Shown here: piece by piece, positions 39,142-49,542 of the stretch | Layout of the letters: every line of letters begins with the position of its first letter | Numbering within the stretch: position 1 is the stretch's first letter | Source: Promethearchaeia archaeon | GTDB taxonomy: Archaea; Asgardarchaeota; Lokiarchaeia; Sigyniarchaeales; SOKP01 | DNA: 64,000 bases | Assembly: GCA_029856145.1 (NCBI GenBank) | Contig: JAHQWK010000028.1 | Location: 15,316 to 79,315, forward strand | Reading direction: 5' to 3' | The notes under the pieces: generated by a model | Told to the model about the DNA's origin: nothing | Seen by the model: the letters and a program-made list of their open reading frames with translations, nothing else | The model's database searches: none | Program-made: the position numbers and the translations under genes

Positions 39142-39279
39142 TCAACCAAAAATTCCGCCACCGCCACCATTACTAGGAATAACATTAATACCCGCCAACG
39201 GCAAAATAACAAAAAGTAAAAGTACAACAAATATTATTACTACAGCAGCACTAACAATAATTATTATCTTTTTTTCCAT
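39142..39279 (-). CDS. 45-aa single-pass membrane protein with Gly-rich tail
   Basis: MEKKIIIIVSAAVVIIFVVLLLFVILPLAGINVIPSNGGGGGIFG*; AGGT upstream of ATG; below the ORF-track size cutoff. Confidence 0.65.
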   Translation of the reverse strand: MEKKIIIIVSAAVVIIFVVLLLFVILPLAGINVIPSNGGGGGIFG

Positions 39280-39466
39280 AATATTACCTATCATTTTTTG
39301 TATTTAAAAAGGTTTGTTAAAATAAAGGGGAGTAATGTCTTTTTTTTTAGCATTCGCACTTAGACTATTAATATTTTTTTAGAATTTCTTATTAATTAAA
39401 ATTGTTAAGTTATAAACTTAGTTTTCATTTTATTTGATATTAACCTCCATTTTGTAAGAATTAATT

Positions 39467-40291
39467 ATGAATTTACCTAACATTCTGGAAAAAAAGTTAA
39501 AGAGTGTTATTGCTTTTTTAGAAGGAAAAAAGGTTATAGTAGCTTTTTCGGGAGGTGTTGATAGTTCACTTCTAGCATTTCTCTCAAAAAAATATGCAAA
39601 AGACACTCTTCTTATAACTGAAAGATCAATTCTTTATCCTGAAGAAGAAATCGATGAGGCATCTCAATTTGCTAAAAAACATGGCATAAATCACACGATT
39701 GTTGAACGAGATCCCTTAAAAGATGAACAGTTCCAGTGTAATCCCTCAAACAGATGTTATATATGTAAAACTGGATTGTATAATGATATTCTTGAAATAA
39801 AAAATTCAAAAAATTATGATGAAATATTAGATGGTTCGAATACAGATGATCTTTCGGATTATAGACCTGGAATGCGAGCCCTAAAAGAGTTACAAATAAA
39901 TACTCCTTATATAGATTTCAATATTAATAAGAATGAGATAAGAGAGATAAGTAAATTTTATGAACTAGATGTTCAATCTAAACCATCGATGGCATGCTTT
40001 TCATCTCGAATTCCTTATGGACAAATCATTAATGAAAATAAATTAATAATGATTAGGGAAGCAGAAAAATTTCTTAAAGATAGATTTAATCTAAAACAAT
40101 TAAGAGTGAGAGTACATGAAGAAAAACTTGCACGGATTGAATTCTTACCTGAAGATTTATCCAATATTTTAACAGCAAGTAACATAGAACTAATTAGGAA
40201 CAAATTAAAGGAACTTGGGTTTATTTATGTCACAATTGATATTGAAGGCTTTCGATCAGGCTCAATGAATGAGGTTTTAGATTTAAATTAG
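39467..40291 (+). CDS. larE: LarE-family ATP-dependent sulfur transferase
   Basis: VAFSGGVDS (PP-loop), RCYICK, DGSNTDDLSDYRPG, KPSMACFSSRIPYG, GFRSGSMN. Confidence 0.9.
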   Translation: MNLPNILEKKLKSVIAFLEGKKVIVAFSGGVDSSLLAFLSKKYAKDTLLITERSILYPEEEIDEASQFAKKHGINHTIVERDPLKDEQFQCNPSNRCYICKTGLYNDILEIKNSKNYDEILDGSNTDDLSDYRPGMRALKELQINTPYIDFNINKNEIREISKFYELDVQSKPSMACFSSRIPYGQIINENKLIMIREAEKFLKDRFNLKQLRVRVHEEKLARIEFLPEDLSNILTASNIELIRNKLKELGFIYVTIDIEGFRSGSMNEVLDLN

Positions 40292-40303
40292 TGCTTAAAA
40301 TTT

Positions 40304-41707
40304 CTAGTTCAGGTTTTTTATGTATTTAATTATCTTCTTTCGCTTATTTAACGCTTTTAAGGCTGAATTTTCAATGTTTTTTTCCATATTCTTAAGAGAT
40401 TCAGGTGTTTCTTCTCCAATTTCTTGTTTTATTTTTGTATAAGCAGATTCTCTAAATTTTGGAAGGATTTCTTTTTTTTTTTTCTCTTCATAGGTTAGAA
40501 ATACTTGGTTTGAATCATCCACATAACCTATTTCATCACATCTAATATTTTTTCTTTTAAGATCGCCGATAATTTTCTCTGACACAGATTCAGAACAAAA
40601 TATTAAAAGTGCATCTAAAGAAACTCCTAAATAATCCACTCCAACTTTTTCTAACATATCTAAAACAATAGGATTTACAAGATTTCTTACTTTTTCCTCA
40701 AAGATATTAACTCCACAATTAGCTTCATAATTAATTTCATATAGATCTCCTCTTAAACCACCATTTGTAACATCGCACATAGCTCTAATTTCATTTATGT
40801 AATTAGAGTTTAAAACGATTTCACAAGCTTCAAGGAATTTAATATTCATAGTTTCTTTTACAACTTCATGATTTCCAGAATAAATTGCTGTGGTTGTGAT
40901 TGTTCCACCTCCTCCACCTTCCGTCATAAGTATTCTATCCCCATTTTTTATGTTCCTTCTAGCAAGTAATTTTCTCTTAGCAAGACCAACTGCTGCAATT
41001 CCTCCTACAAGTCTATTTCCAATAACCATATCACCTCCAATTCTTAAAGTTGAACCTGCCGTGATAGGGACATTAGTAAGTTCTGCGATTGTTGAAACTC
41101 CTGACATAAAATCAAATAATTTTCCAACATCTGCATCATCCCCTAAATGAACATCGACCATAATTGAAATTGGTTTTGCTCCCTTAACATACAAATCTCT
41201 TAATGCGGCACGTGTAACATGAAATCCACAAATAAAGGGAAAATCACTTAATCTGGAATGAATCCCCTCCATTTTAGAGGCTACAATTAAATCATAATGG
41301 CCATATCTTTTTCCATTAAAACTAGTAATACTTGATAATCTTATTGCACCAGCATCATCTAATGACGTAGGTGCTAAGAATGGTTTTTTATCAGTCTCAG
41401 ATAATTCTGCAATTAATTTATGTACAAAAAAATCACCTGCACCTCGACACCCTACTCCTTGCTTCCCTATAGTAACATTAGCATTATTTATATCTAATAA
41501 TTCTTTTATAAAAGGGTTAGCAACTGAACTAATATCACTTTTCTGACATTCTTCAAAAATTGCTTTTGCATATTTAATTGCTAAAGAATTATCAATATCT
41601 TTAAAATCATGATACTCTTGTACTATTCTATCAATAATATCTTGTTCAGAATATCCCTTTTTTATTAAATTCCGAGTTAATCCTTCTAAATCACTCAAAT
41701 TGCTCAA
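40304..41707 (-). CDS. AIR synthase-related (PurM-like) protein, archaeal uncharacterised family
   Basis: DLEG start, GVGCRGAGDFFVH, EGIHSRLSDFPF, DVTNGGLRGD, PKFRESAYT. Confidence 0.85.
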   Translation of the reverse strand: MSNLSDLEGLTRNLIKKGYSEQDIIDRIVQEYHDFKDIDNSLAIKYAKAIFEECQKSDISSVANPFIKELLDINNANVTIGKQGVGCRGAGDFFVHKLIAELSETDKKPFLAPTSLDDAGAIRLSSITSFNGKRYGHYDLIVASKMEGIHSRLSDFPFICGFHVTRAALRDLYVKGAKPISIMVDVHLGDDADVGKLFDFMSGVSTIAELTNVPITAGSTLRIGGDMVIGNRLVGGIAAVGLAKRKLLARRNIKNGDRILMTEGGGGGTITTTAIYSGNHEVVKETMNIKFLEACEIVLNSNYINEIRAMCDVTNGGLRGDLYEINYEANCGVNIFEEKVRNLVNPIVLDMLEKVGVDYLGVSLDALLIFCSESVSEKIIGDLKRKNIRCDEIGYVDDSNQVFLTYEEKKKKEILPKFRESAYTKIKQEIGEETPESLKNMEKNIENSALKALNKRKKIIKYIKNLN

Positions 41708-41813
41708 ATCCTTCTAAATCACTAAGAACTATAAATAAAAGTTTATAATACATTTAAATTATTTTGAAAATTCTTATTTATAGTTTAGAGTTCCTAAGTT
41801 AAAAAAGAATAAA

Positions 41814-42824
41814 ATGACCTCTTTAAGAATAACAACCCCTTGTCGCATTCATCTTTCTTTAATAGACGAGAATGGATACACTGGTAGGGTTGATGGTGGT
41901 ATTGGTCTTATGTTAGACCGTCCTAATGTAGTTTTTGAAGCCTCTAATAGTGCTAAAGAATTCAAAATTGAGGCTCATAAATATTATCGAGAATCAATTG
42001 AAGTCATCAATGAAATAGCTTCTAAGGTATTTAAAAACTATAATATTAGTAATAAGAATTTTCATTTCAATCTTAAAAGATACTTCCCCTCACACGTGGG
42101 ATTAGGCTCAAAAACTCAATTATCTTTAGCTATTGCTACAGCAATAATGCAGTTGAAGAATCTTAGTCATTTAACTCATAAGGATTTAACTAAATTAGTA
42201 GAAAGAGGAGGAACCTCTGGAATTGGTTGGAGAGGTTTTAAAACAGGTGGATTTATTTTAGATGGTGGACATGATTTTGGACGAGGAAAAGAGAAAGAAA
42301 CTTTTTTGCCTTCGTCTGCTTCAACTTCAGCTAACCCTGCATTAACAATCTTTAGACATAATATACCTGAAAATTGGAGATTTGTACTTGTTATCCCTAA
42401 TGTAAAAAAGGGCGCTTATGGTGATGAAGAAATCAGTGTATTTCAAGAATATGCTCCAATTCCTAGAAATGAAGTAAATGAAGTATCGCATCAAGTAATT
42501 ATGAAGATTTTACCAAGCATTATTAAAAATGATTTAAAATGCTTTGGAGAAGGATTGAGAAGAATTCAGAACATAGGATTTAAGAAGATCGAAATCGAAT
42601 TACAGCATGACATCGTTAAAGATTTAATTAACTTTTATGAAGATTATGGGCTAAAGGCTTATGGTATGTCATCTTTTGGACCAAGTGTTGTTGGTATTGT
42701 AGAATCAGATATAGAAGCAGAAACGCTACTAAGAGAAGTTCAAAAGAATCAAAAAAATAGGGGAGGTCATATATATATTTGTAAACCTAATAATACAGGA
42801 GCAAAAATTGAATTTATAGATTGA
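41814..42824 (+). CDS. mptG: Beta-ribofuranosylaminobenzene 5'-phosphate (RFAP) synthase
   Basis: TPCRIHLSLID, GRVDGGIG, HVGLGSKTQ, RGGTSGIG, GGFILDGGH, GMSSFGP. Confidence 0.92.
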   Translation: MTSLRITTPCRIHLSLIDENGYTGRVDGGIGLMLDRPNVVFEASNSAKEFKIEAHKYYRESIEVINEIASKVFKNYNISNKNFHFNLKRYFPSHVGLGSKTQLSLAIATAIMQLKNLSHLTHKDLTKLVERGGTSGIGWRGFKTGGFILDGGHDFGRGKEKETFLPSSASTSANPALTIFRHNIPENWRFVLVIPNVKKGAYGDEEISVFQEYAPIPRNEVNEVSHQVIMKILPSIIKNDLKCFGEGLRRIQNIGFKKIEIELQHDIVKDLINFYEDYGLKAYGMSSFGPSVVGIVESDIEAETLLREVQKNQKNRGGHIYICKPNNTGAKIEFID

Positions 42825-42830
42825 GGTCAA

Positions 42831-43229
42831 ATGCCTATAACTAATGAAAATATTTATTTTTCATCTGATCTAAGTGGGAGAGAAAGAGCGTGTTTTGAGG
42901 CTGGTATCAAATTAGGAGCTCTTTATCACATTCTATGTGGTATTCCAATAACATCAGATGAGAAAATTATTAATTCTATTGAAAACGGTATTGAAACAGC
43001 AATTTCTTGCCAACCGTATGTTCAATCTGTAAAAATAACATTAGATAAAGGGAATATTAAAGGAAATAAATCTACACAATTCGATTATGATGAAATATCA
43101 GGGAAAATTATTCATGCTGAATTAACTGTAAAATATAATACAATTGAAGTATTAGCAAAAATCGATTGGATTGAAGATTTACAATACCCTCTTATGTTTA
43201 TTGAAAAAATTCATGAGATCAAACGATAA
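42831..43229 (+). CDS. mptD: Archaeal dihydroneopterin aldolase
   Basis: RERACFEAGIKLGALYH, QPYV, YPLM. Confidence 0.88.
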   Translation: MPITNENIYFSSDLSGRERACFEAGIKLGALYHILCGIPITSDEKIINSIENGIETAISCQPYVQSVKITLDKGNIKGNKSTQFDYDEISGKIIHAELTVKYNTIEVLAKIDWIEDLQYPLMFIEKIHEIKR

Positions 43230-43318
43230 AAATTGAATTCTTTGATACTTCATGAAACTGGTTAAAAAAACATTTTTGTTATATATATATTAAAATTTAC
43301 TTATGAGAATATAATTAA

Positions 43319-43570
43319 ATGAAGACGAAAAATATAAGTGTTAATATTAAAAAAGATGAGAAAATCCCATTTAAGGAAACATACATAGCATTTTATAAAA
43401 GTAAAAATAAAATAAAAATTGATCAAAAATTTATAGATAAAACTAAAAACCAATCAATAACCTTAAACTTCAAAGAATGTGAACGGTTGATAAATTTACT
43501 CACTTTATTTGTTTTTAATGGGAAATTTGAGCCATATAAAGGAAAAATGCTTAAGTTTGAAGAAGATTAA
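43319..43570 (+). CDS. Hypothetical protein
   Basis: 83-aa ORF filling the intergenic gap; no motif recognised. Confidence 0.5.
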   Translation: MKTKNISVNIKKDEKIPFKETYIAFYKSKNKIKIDQKFIDKTKNQSITLNFKECERLINLLTLFVFNGKFEPYKGKMLKFEED

Positions 43571-44265
43571 TACTTTAAACTACTAATGTATTTGTTCACA
43601 AGGTAAATTGCTTTTAGTGCTCTTCTATTTTTTCCAAATCTTTCAATATTCTCTATAAAATCTTTTATTTTTTCATGAATCTTAGAAAATAAAGCTTGGT
43701 TTTGATTCTCTCTAGCAATCTTTAAACGAGTTGCTAATATTATTGCTTCTAGAGCTAGATTTTCCGCCCTATTAAATAGTTTATGAGTTTCTTGAAGTTT
43801 TTCAGTAAAAATAACATCTAATTTAAACACGGGTATAATAACTTCTCCTAAATCATCGTTTTTAGTTTTTTGAAATTCTTGTGAAACTTTCCCTATTAAA
43901 ATTCCCCATGCTTTTCTTATATAAGGTACATCCTTAGCATGAGATTCTAGATATTTAAAATCATAATATTTTGAGGGAAAATCCGTCAAACTAATAGGAG
44001 AATCTAGTTCTTTTAAAGCAGCTAGAGCATATAAATATACGTCATCAACGAAATTAATCGCAATTGTACTATAATCTTTCAAATTTTTATAAGTAATTGT
44101 ACTATAGAAAGGAGATATTTGTATTTGTCCGCCTTCTATCATTCTAATGCCCATACAAGAAGCATTAGGCTTAATTTCCTTGCCACTTTTTGTTATAGAA
44201 TAAGTTGTGGCTATGATTTCATATAAATTATCTTTTTTTAGTCCGAAATCTTGATAATTAAACAT
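43567..44265 (-). CDS. DUF447 family protein (split-barrel, methanopterin-cluster associated)
   Basis: YEIIATT, PNASCMGI, TYKNL, FNRAENLALEAIILATR. Confidence 0.8.
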   Translation of the reverse strand: MFNYQDFGLKKDNLYEIIATTYSITKSGKEIKPNASCMGIRMIEGGQIQISPFYSTITYKNLKDYSTIAINFVDDVYLYALAALKELDSPISLTDFPSKYYDFKYLESHAKDVPYIRKAWGILIGKVSQEFQKTKNDDLGEVIIPVFKLDVIFTEKLQETHKLFNRAENLALEAIILATRLKIARENQNQALFSKIHEKIKDFIENIERFGKNRRALKAIYLVNKYISSLKY

Positions 44266-44339
44266 TGTGATTCAACAGAGGGACTTTTTAGATTACTTCT
44301 AACTTAACATTAATTGATTCTTTAATTGAGGAATAATAA

Positions 44340-45218
44340 TTAAAGAGAAAATTTATCTACTTTGGGTCGTGTTTCAATTTTTGGGTAAATTTTACCAATA
44401 ATTGGGGGAGAACTATTATAAATTTCTTCAATATCTATTAATCCATATTGAATATCTTCGATTTTTTGAATACTAGTAAAGGTTCCTTTCACAACTTGAC
44501 TGGCCATATCGAAATTAGCACCAATGACAGCAACTTTAGAATTAACAGGTATTTGTAAAAAATCTTCCCTTAAAGCAGTTAATGGGAAATAAAGCCTATT
44601 ATGATCAACAGCATTTAGTTGAAGATGTGGAATAATTACGGGATACCCATCAGAAGGATCGATATAAGCTATCGCTCTTACACCTATTTTATTTGTAAAT
44701 AGTTTATACCCTATAACATTTAACCTCTTTTCCTCTAGATTGGTTTTAGATTCTTTTGCAATAGCTTTGAAAATTTTTCTTGGGATATTACCAGGTGGTA
44801 AATCTCTAATGGGAGTTACAGCAATAACATTATTATAAAAGACTTTATAAACATTAATATACGTTAAATATCGGAAAAAATCTAATTGATTGAAATATTC
44901 AAGGTCTTCTCCTTCGGTTTTTATATGAGTAAAATCAGTTTTTACTTGAATGAACTTAAATGGAGCTTCCGGAGTCATATAAAAAATACCTTGTTTTGGA
45001 TTTTTTTGCACATTTTCTTTACTTGTACCTGCAAAAAATTGCCCCCATACTATTTGATCTCTGCTTTTCGCCCGATTTGACGTAATAATTGTAATATGGG
45101 GCCAACCCCTTGAATCTATTGTAGAAACCAATTTTACCATTATTTCTGGTTGAGTAAATTCAATAAGTTCACCAGAAAATTCAGAATCCCAACCAGATTT
45201 ATTATTATCTTCAGCCAT
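44340..45218 (-). CDS. Tandem pyridoxamine 5'-phosphate oxidase-like (split-barrel) protein
   Basis: LVSTIDSRGWPHIT, SKENVQKNPK; second repeat AYIDPSDGYPVIIP. Confidence 0.7.
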   Translation of the reverse strand: MAEDNNKSGWDSEFSGELIEFTQPEIMVKLVSTIDSRGWPHITIITSNRAKSRDQIVWGQFFAGTSKENVQKNPKQGIFYMTPEAPFKFIQVKTDFTHIKTEGEDLEYFNQLDFFRYLTYINVYKVFYNNVIAVTPIRDLPPGNIPRKIFKAIAKESKTNLEEKRLNVIGYKLFTNKIGVRAIAYIDPSDGYPVIIPHLQLNAVDHNRLYFPLTALREDFLQIPVNSKVAVIGANFDMASQVVKGTFTSIQKIEDIQYGLIDIEEIYNSSPPIIGKIYPKIETRPKVDKFSL

Positions 45219-45263
45219 ATTTTATCAAGTTTTTTATCTTATATAAATTCTTAATGGATATTA

Positions 45264-46265
45264 TCAACAAGATGGTGTTGTTGATTTTTTACTGATTTTG
45301 GTATTTGTATCTTTATCCTCTGATCTCTTTGTCAATCCTGACCAACATGGGTTTTTAACACCTGTTTTTTCTGCAATTCTAAGAAAATGTTCCATATCTT
45401 CTTTTTTCATTAATGGTTCTTCCTTTAAGGACCATTCCATATCTAATCTTTCATATTTTGAGCTACAAAGATTATTAAAAGAAAGAAGATCCCATCGTTC
45501 AGGAAAATTGTCTAATTTATTGACAATAAACTCACCAATTCCTTTAAGATTTTCCTCAGTAGCAGTATAATGTGGAATAATTGGAGTTCTAATCCACATT
45601 TTTTTACCATTTCTTTTCAAATTATTAGAAATCCAAATGGCGTTTTCTAAGATAACTTCATTGGGGACTCCTGTAAATTCTTTATGCTTATCAGAATTTA
45701 TCTGTTTTATATCTAAAAGTACTAAATCTACATGGGGCAGAATACGTTCATAAACCATTTTGGATGCATATCCACATGTGTCAATAGCAGTAGATATTCC
45801 ATTTTCTTTACATTTTTTCAAAAACTTAATAACAAATTCAGGTTGTTGGGTAGGTTCACCACCAGAAACTGTTATTCCTCCATTAGACTTAGTATAATAA
45901 ACCTTATCTTTTTCTATCTCATAGAAGAGATCTTCTAAATTCCACCATTTACCTAAAATTTTTAATGCAGTAGAAGGGCATTCCTCTACACACTCTCCGC
46001 ATCCATTACATATTTCTCTATCAATAATTAGTCCAATTTTGTTAAAAGATAATGCATTTTGTTGACATGTTTCTATGCATGTCTTACATCCAATACATTT
46101 ATGTTTAAACCATTCAATTTGAGGAATTTTAAGTAAAGATTCAGGATTATGGCACCATATACACTTTAATGGACAATTTTTAAAAAACACAGTTGTTCTG
46201 ATACCTGGACCATCTTCAGTTGAAAATTTCTGAATTTGGAAAATTAAAGCTTCAGATAATACCAT
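45264..46265 (-). CDS. Glycyl-radical enzyme activating enzyme (with ferredoxin insert)
   Basis: DGPGIRTTVFFKNCPLKCIWCHNPES, two CxxCxxCxxxC motifs, SGGEP. Confidence 0.95.
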   Translation of the reverse strand: MVLSEALIFQIQKFSTEDGPGIRTTVFFKNCPLKCIWCHNPESLLKIPQIEWFKHKCIGCKTCIETCQQNALSFNKIGLIIDREICNGCGECVEECPSTALKILGKWWNLEDLFYEIEKDKVYYTKSNGGITVSGGEPTQQPEFVIKFLKKCKENGISTAIDTCGYASKMVYERILPHVDLVLLDIKQINSDKHKEFTGVPNEVILENAIWISNNLKRNGKKMWIRTPIIPHYTATEENLKGIGEFIVNKLDNFPERWDLLSFNNLCSSKYERLDMEWSLKEEPLMKKEDMEHFLRIAEKTGVKNPCWSGLTKRSEDKDTNTKISKKSTTPSC

Positions 46266-46316
46266 TTTCTTAAATTTTTTCTTTTTTTTTAAAATTTGGA
46301 AAATAAATAAAAATTT

Positions 46317-48821
46317 CTAAATTCTATGAGATTCTCTGGCAATTATTTCATCCTGTAATTCTCTCCCTATGGTGGTGAAGTATGCATTATAGCCTGTTAC
46401 TCTAACTAAAAGATTCTTATAATTTTCAGGATGTTTTTGAGCATCTTTTAACATTTCAGAATCGAGCATATTGACTTGTAAGGCAGTGCCTCCGTTTTCT
46501 ATATAACCTCTTAAATAAGCTTTAAATTTCTCTTTATGCTCCGGATCTTCAATTATAGATGGATTAAAGGTAATTGTATGGCTTGCTCCATTGGGTAAAT
46601 AATTAATATATTCTCCAGTTTCAGTTTTTCCTCCTAATACTTTACCAACAGAATTAGTAACTGCTGTAGGTCCTTTTTTATCAGCTCCATCAGTAGGACA
46701 GATTGCATTTGATAGAAATGATCCCTTATTTCGCCCATTTGGTGTTGCTATTGTATAACTAGCATCTGCTCCAGCCCAGTAGTTCCATGATAACATTCCA
46801 GGACGATATTGATAATTAGTTGGTGTTTTATATTTCCAACATTCTTCAGACCATATTTCCATTACTTTTTTAGAAAATTCATCAGCATCATCCTCATCGT
46901 TCCCATATTTAGGAGTTTTATTCATTAAGTAGGTTTGCATTACTTCGTTTCCCTTGAAGTCATTTTTAATAGCTTCTTTAATTAGTGCTATTGTATATTT
47001 CTTATCCTCATATACAAGCTTCTTAATTGATAGTAATGAATCTACTGTTGTAGCAAATCCCACTCCTTCAACAGTAACAAATTTTAATTCAGGACCCCCA
47101 TTGATAATATCTAAACCTTGCTCTATGCATCCTCGAACAATAGATGATAAGTATGGAGTGCGAATAAAATCCCCTCGAAGTTCTTCGCACATATTATTTA
47201 TATCCACAGTATACTTAATAATAAATTTAACTTGTTCTTTCCAAGCGTTATAAAATTCTTCCCATGTTTGAAAATTTTCAGCATCTCCCGTTTCTGGTCC
47301 GATTTGTTCTCCAAGTTTAGTAGCAATATCATTCCCAGGCATATTTTTGCCATTCCATAGTGTTAACTCTATAGATTTAGTTAAATTAGGATTACAATTT
47401 ACAGTTCCACTTCTATCATTACCTTGCATAGTATTTTCTAGACAACCTACTACTCCATAATTCCAAGCTTCTTCTTCAGGAATACCTTCTTTAACCATTC
47501 CAGCAATACTTCTCTCGTCAAAATTCAGAATGAATGGAGCTCCTTGAGCTCTCGAAATCATATTTACTAATATATCCAAAAGTTTATCCGGAGAATTTCT
47601 ATGAATTCTTACGTTAGGTTTAGGCTCAAGACTCGGATACCATGAATCTATGACTTCAAGCATAATGTAGGTAAGTTCATTTGTTAAATCCTCTCCATTT
47701 GAGCCACATCCAGAAAGTGTTATAATTTGACCGTATCCGGATAATATTCCCTGATTACCAACTCTAATCATTGCATCATACACAGTATTACAATGAAACC
47801 AAAAACTACCTAAAATATCTCTTGTAAATTCTTTAGTGATTGCTTTTTGTTCAATAACATCCTTTTTATACAAATCCCATAAATACTGATCAATTCTTCC
47901 AAAAGAGAGGCCTGGTCCGGGGTATGATTCTTCAGCCATTACTAACATGTGAGTGAGCCACACTGCTTGAACTCCTTGCCAAAAAGTCTCAGCCGGTTCC
48001 CATGGCACTCTTTCTAAATTCTTTGCCATTTGTTCAAATTCTTCAACAATTTCAGGCTTTTTTTCCTCCTTTTTTAACCTTCGACATTCTTCAGCGTATT
48101 TTTTTGCTAATTTCCTCGGAATTTCTGCTGAGATCATCATTGCCCTAAGTTCTTCCCCTTTTGGTCCCTTTTTTTCCTCTTTGCTAAGTCTTTCGTATTT
48201 CGTCTTAGCTTTTTCATAAATATATTTAAATCCTTTTTTAACCACAGTTTCATAATCAGGTATAATATGACCTGGAATTGCTCCTAGATTTCCGAAACCA
48301 GATTTATGGTACTTAAAAACAGCTTCTCTATTTCTTATATTTTTCTTCCAATATTCTTTTGTTTCTTCCTCATTAAAACATCTGCTTAATTGAGTATTAA
48401 ATCTCCCACCTACAATTAAGTCATTTTCAGAAATAATTTCGTGAGGAATATAGTTAAGCATAACTTTTTCGAGAAAAGTGGCTCTACGTTCTGTTAGAGA
48501 TAATTCCCAAAAATTATCTGGTAATTCAACAGGTATAGCCATTGATCTAAAAGATGAAGCAAATACACCCTGATCATTTTTTCCCAATACCTGAATATAA
48601 TAATATACTTCAGGATTAATATACCAATCTCCCTCATGGAAAACGATATCCCAATCTGTTCCTGTTGTAAATGACATATATTGGTTATTCCATTCTCTTT
48701 CTAATCCCTTAAAATAATACTCTCTAAGCCATTTGGATCGAGGAGAAAGATCGTGAGATTCTGCAATAGGGAATTTTAAATTTTTTCTTTGATAAGCGTT
48801 ATTCATATTAATCTTACTCAT
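46317..48821 (-). CDS. Glycyl-radical enzyme (PFL superfamily), substrate unknown
   Basis: SFGRIDQYL, Cys loop VVGCLEN, Gly loop LLVRVTGYNAYF, QDEIIAR. Confidence 0.93.
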   Translation of the reverse strand: MSKINMNNAYQRKNLKFPIAESHDLSPRSKWLREYYFKGLEREWNNQYMSFTTGTDWDIVFHEGDWYINPEVYYYIQVLGKNDQGVFASSFRSMAIPVELPDNFWELSLTERRATFLEKVMLNYIPHEIISENDLIVGGRFNTQLSRCFNEEETKEYWKKNIRNREAVFKYHKSGFGNLGAIPGHIIPDYETVVKKGFKYIYEKAKTKYERLSKEEKKGPKGEELRAMMISAEIPRKLAKKYAEECRRLKKEEKKPEIVEEFEQMAKNLERVPWEPAETFWQGVQAVWLTHMLVMAEESYPGPGLSFGRIDQYLWDLYKKDVIEQKAITKEFTRDILGSFWFHCNTVYDAMIRVGNQGILSGYGQIITLSGCGSNGEDLTNELTYIMLEVIDSWYPSLEPKPNVRIHRNSPDKLLDILVNMISRAQGAPFILNFDERSIAGMVKEGIPEEEAWNYGVVGCLENTMQGNDRSGTVNCNPNLTKSIELTLWNGKNMPGNDIATKLGEQIGPETGDAENFQTWEEFYNAWKEQVKFIIKYTVDINNMCEELRGDFIRTPYLSSIVRGCIEQGLDIINGGPELKFVTVEGVGFATTVDSLLSIKKLVYEDKKYTIALIKEAIKNDFKGNEVMQTYLMNKTPKYGNDEDDADEFSKKVMEIWSEECWKYKTPTNYQYRPGMLSWNYWAGADASYTIATPNGRNKGSFLSNAICPTDGADKKGPTAVTNSVGKVLGGKTETGEYINYLPNGASHTITFNPSIIEDPEHKEKFKAYLRGYIENGGTALQVNMLDSEMLKDAQKHPENYKNLLVRVTGYNAYFTTIGRELQDEIIARESHRI

Positions 48822-49011
48822 TTAATACATCTCAATGCATTATATCAAATTAAATTATGTTTTAATTTGTATTCTAATTAAAATAAAACGAATTCAATTA
48901 TAAAATTTAAAATTATTAAAAATAATTAAAGAAAAAAAAATAAAAATTAGATTGAAATAATGTTTTCAATTCTGAATTTCTTTTACACGACAGTGATAAT
49001 AAATAATAAAT

Positions 49012-49542
49012 TTACTTAAGTCTTGCTTCCGAAAGATTGAGATGATCTGTTTCGACTTCTACAAAAGCTTGAAATATTTCTTTCACTCGTGAATTTTGAG
49101 CCTCAGCAGCAGCTTGGCTATAGAACTTAATAGCTCTATCTTCTCTAGCATGAGACTCATCTAGATTTGGATTGTATTCAGTGGCACATTTGTCATATTT
49201 TGGGAATTCTACTTTATCTATCTTTAAAATTTTTTTCCAAACAGAAGCATGTTCACCTTCCACTTTAGCAAGAATTTTAAATAACTTTTGACCATCTAAT
49301 TCTGGAGTTTTTTTACTCGCACATTTATAAAAGATATTATTTGAAACTTCAACTTCTAGAGCTTTTTGAGCATTCGCTTTATCTTTTTCGTTTAATTCTA
49401 CATCCCAAGCGCCAGTATCATCATATTCTGTCGATTCTACGAAATATTTTTTAAATGCTCCACAAAATGGGCATCGACTTGGTGCTTCTTCTCCAATATA
49501 TGCTTCTCCACATATTTTACATACAAATACCTTAACAAAAAT
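49012..49542 (-). CDS. Rubredoxin-like plus ferritin-like di-iron (reverse rubrerythrin-type) protein; ATT start
   Basis: In-frame extension upstream of 49263: FVCKICGEAYIGEEAPSRCPFCG...ALEVE...FY; ExxH motifs EGEH and ETDH. Confidence 0.88.
   Translation of the reverse strand: MFVKVFVCKICGEAYIGEEAPSRCPFCGAFKKYFVESTEYDDTGAWDVELNEKDKANAQKALEVEVSNNIFYKCASKKTPELDGQKLFKILAKVEGEHASVWKKILKIDKVEFPKYDKCATEYNPNLDESHAREDRAIKFYSQAAAEAQNSRVKEIFQAFVEVETDHLNLSEARLK

Noticed and set aside
39467-40291. LarE as evidence of a lactate racemase operon
   Set aside because: No larA, larB or larC in the window; stand-alone LarE homologs are common in archaea.
41679-41723. 17-nt direct repeat AATCCTTCTAAATCACT (41679 and 41707) at the start of the PurM-like gene
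   Set aside because: Only two copies 28 nt apart; best explained as a local duplication of the gene start, not CRISPR or a mobile-element end.
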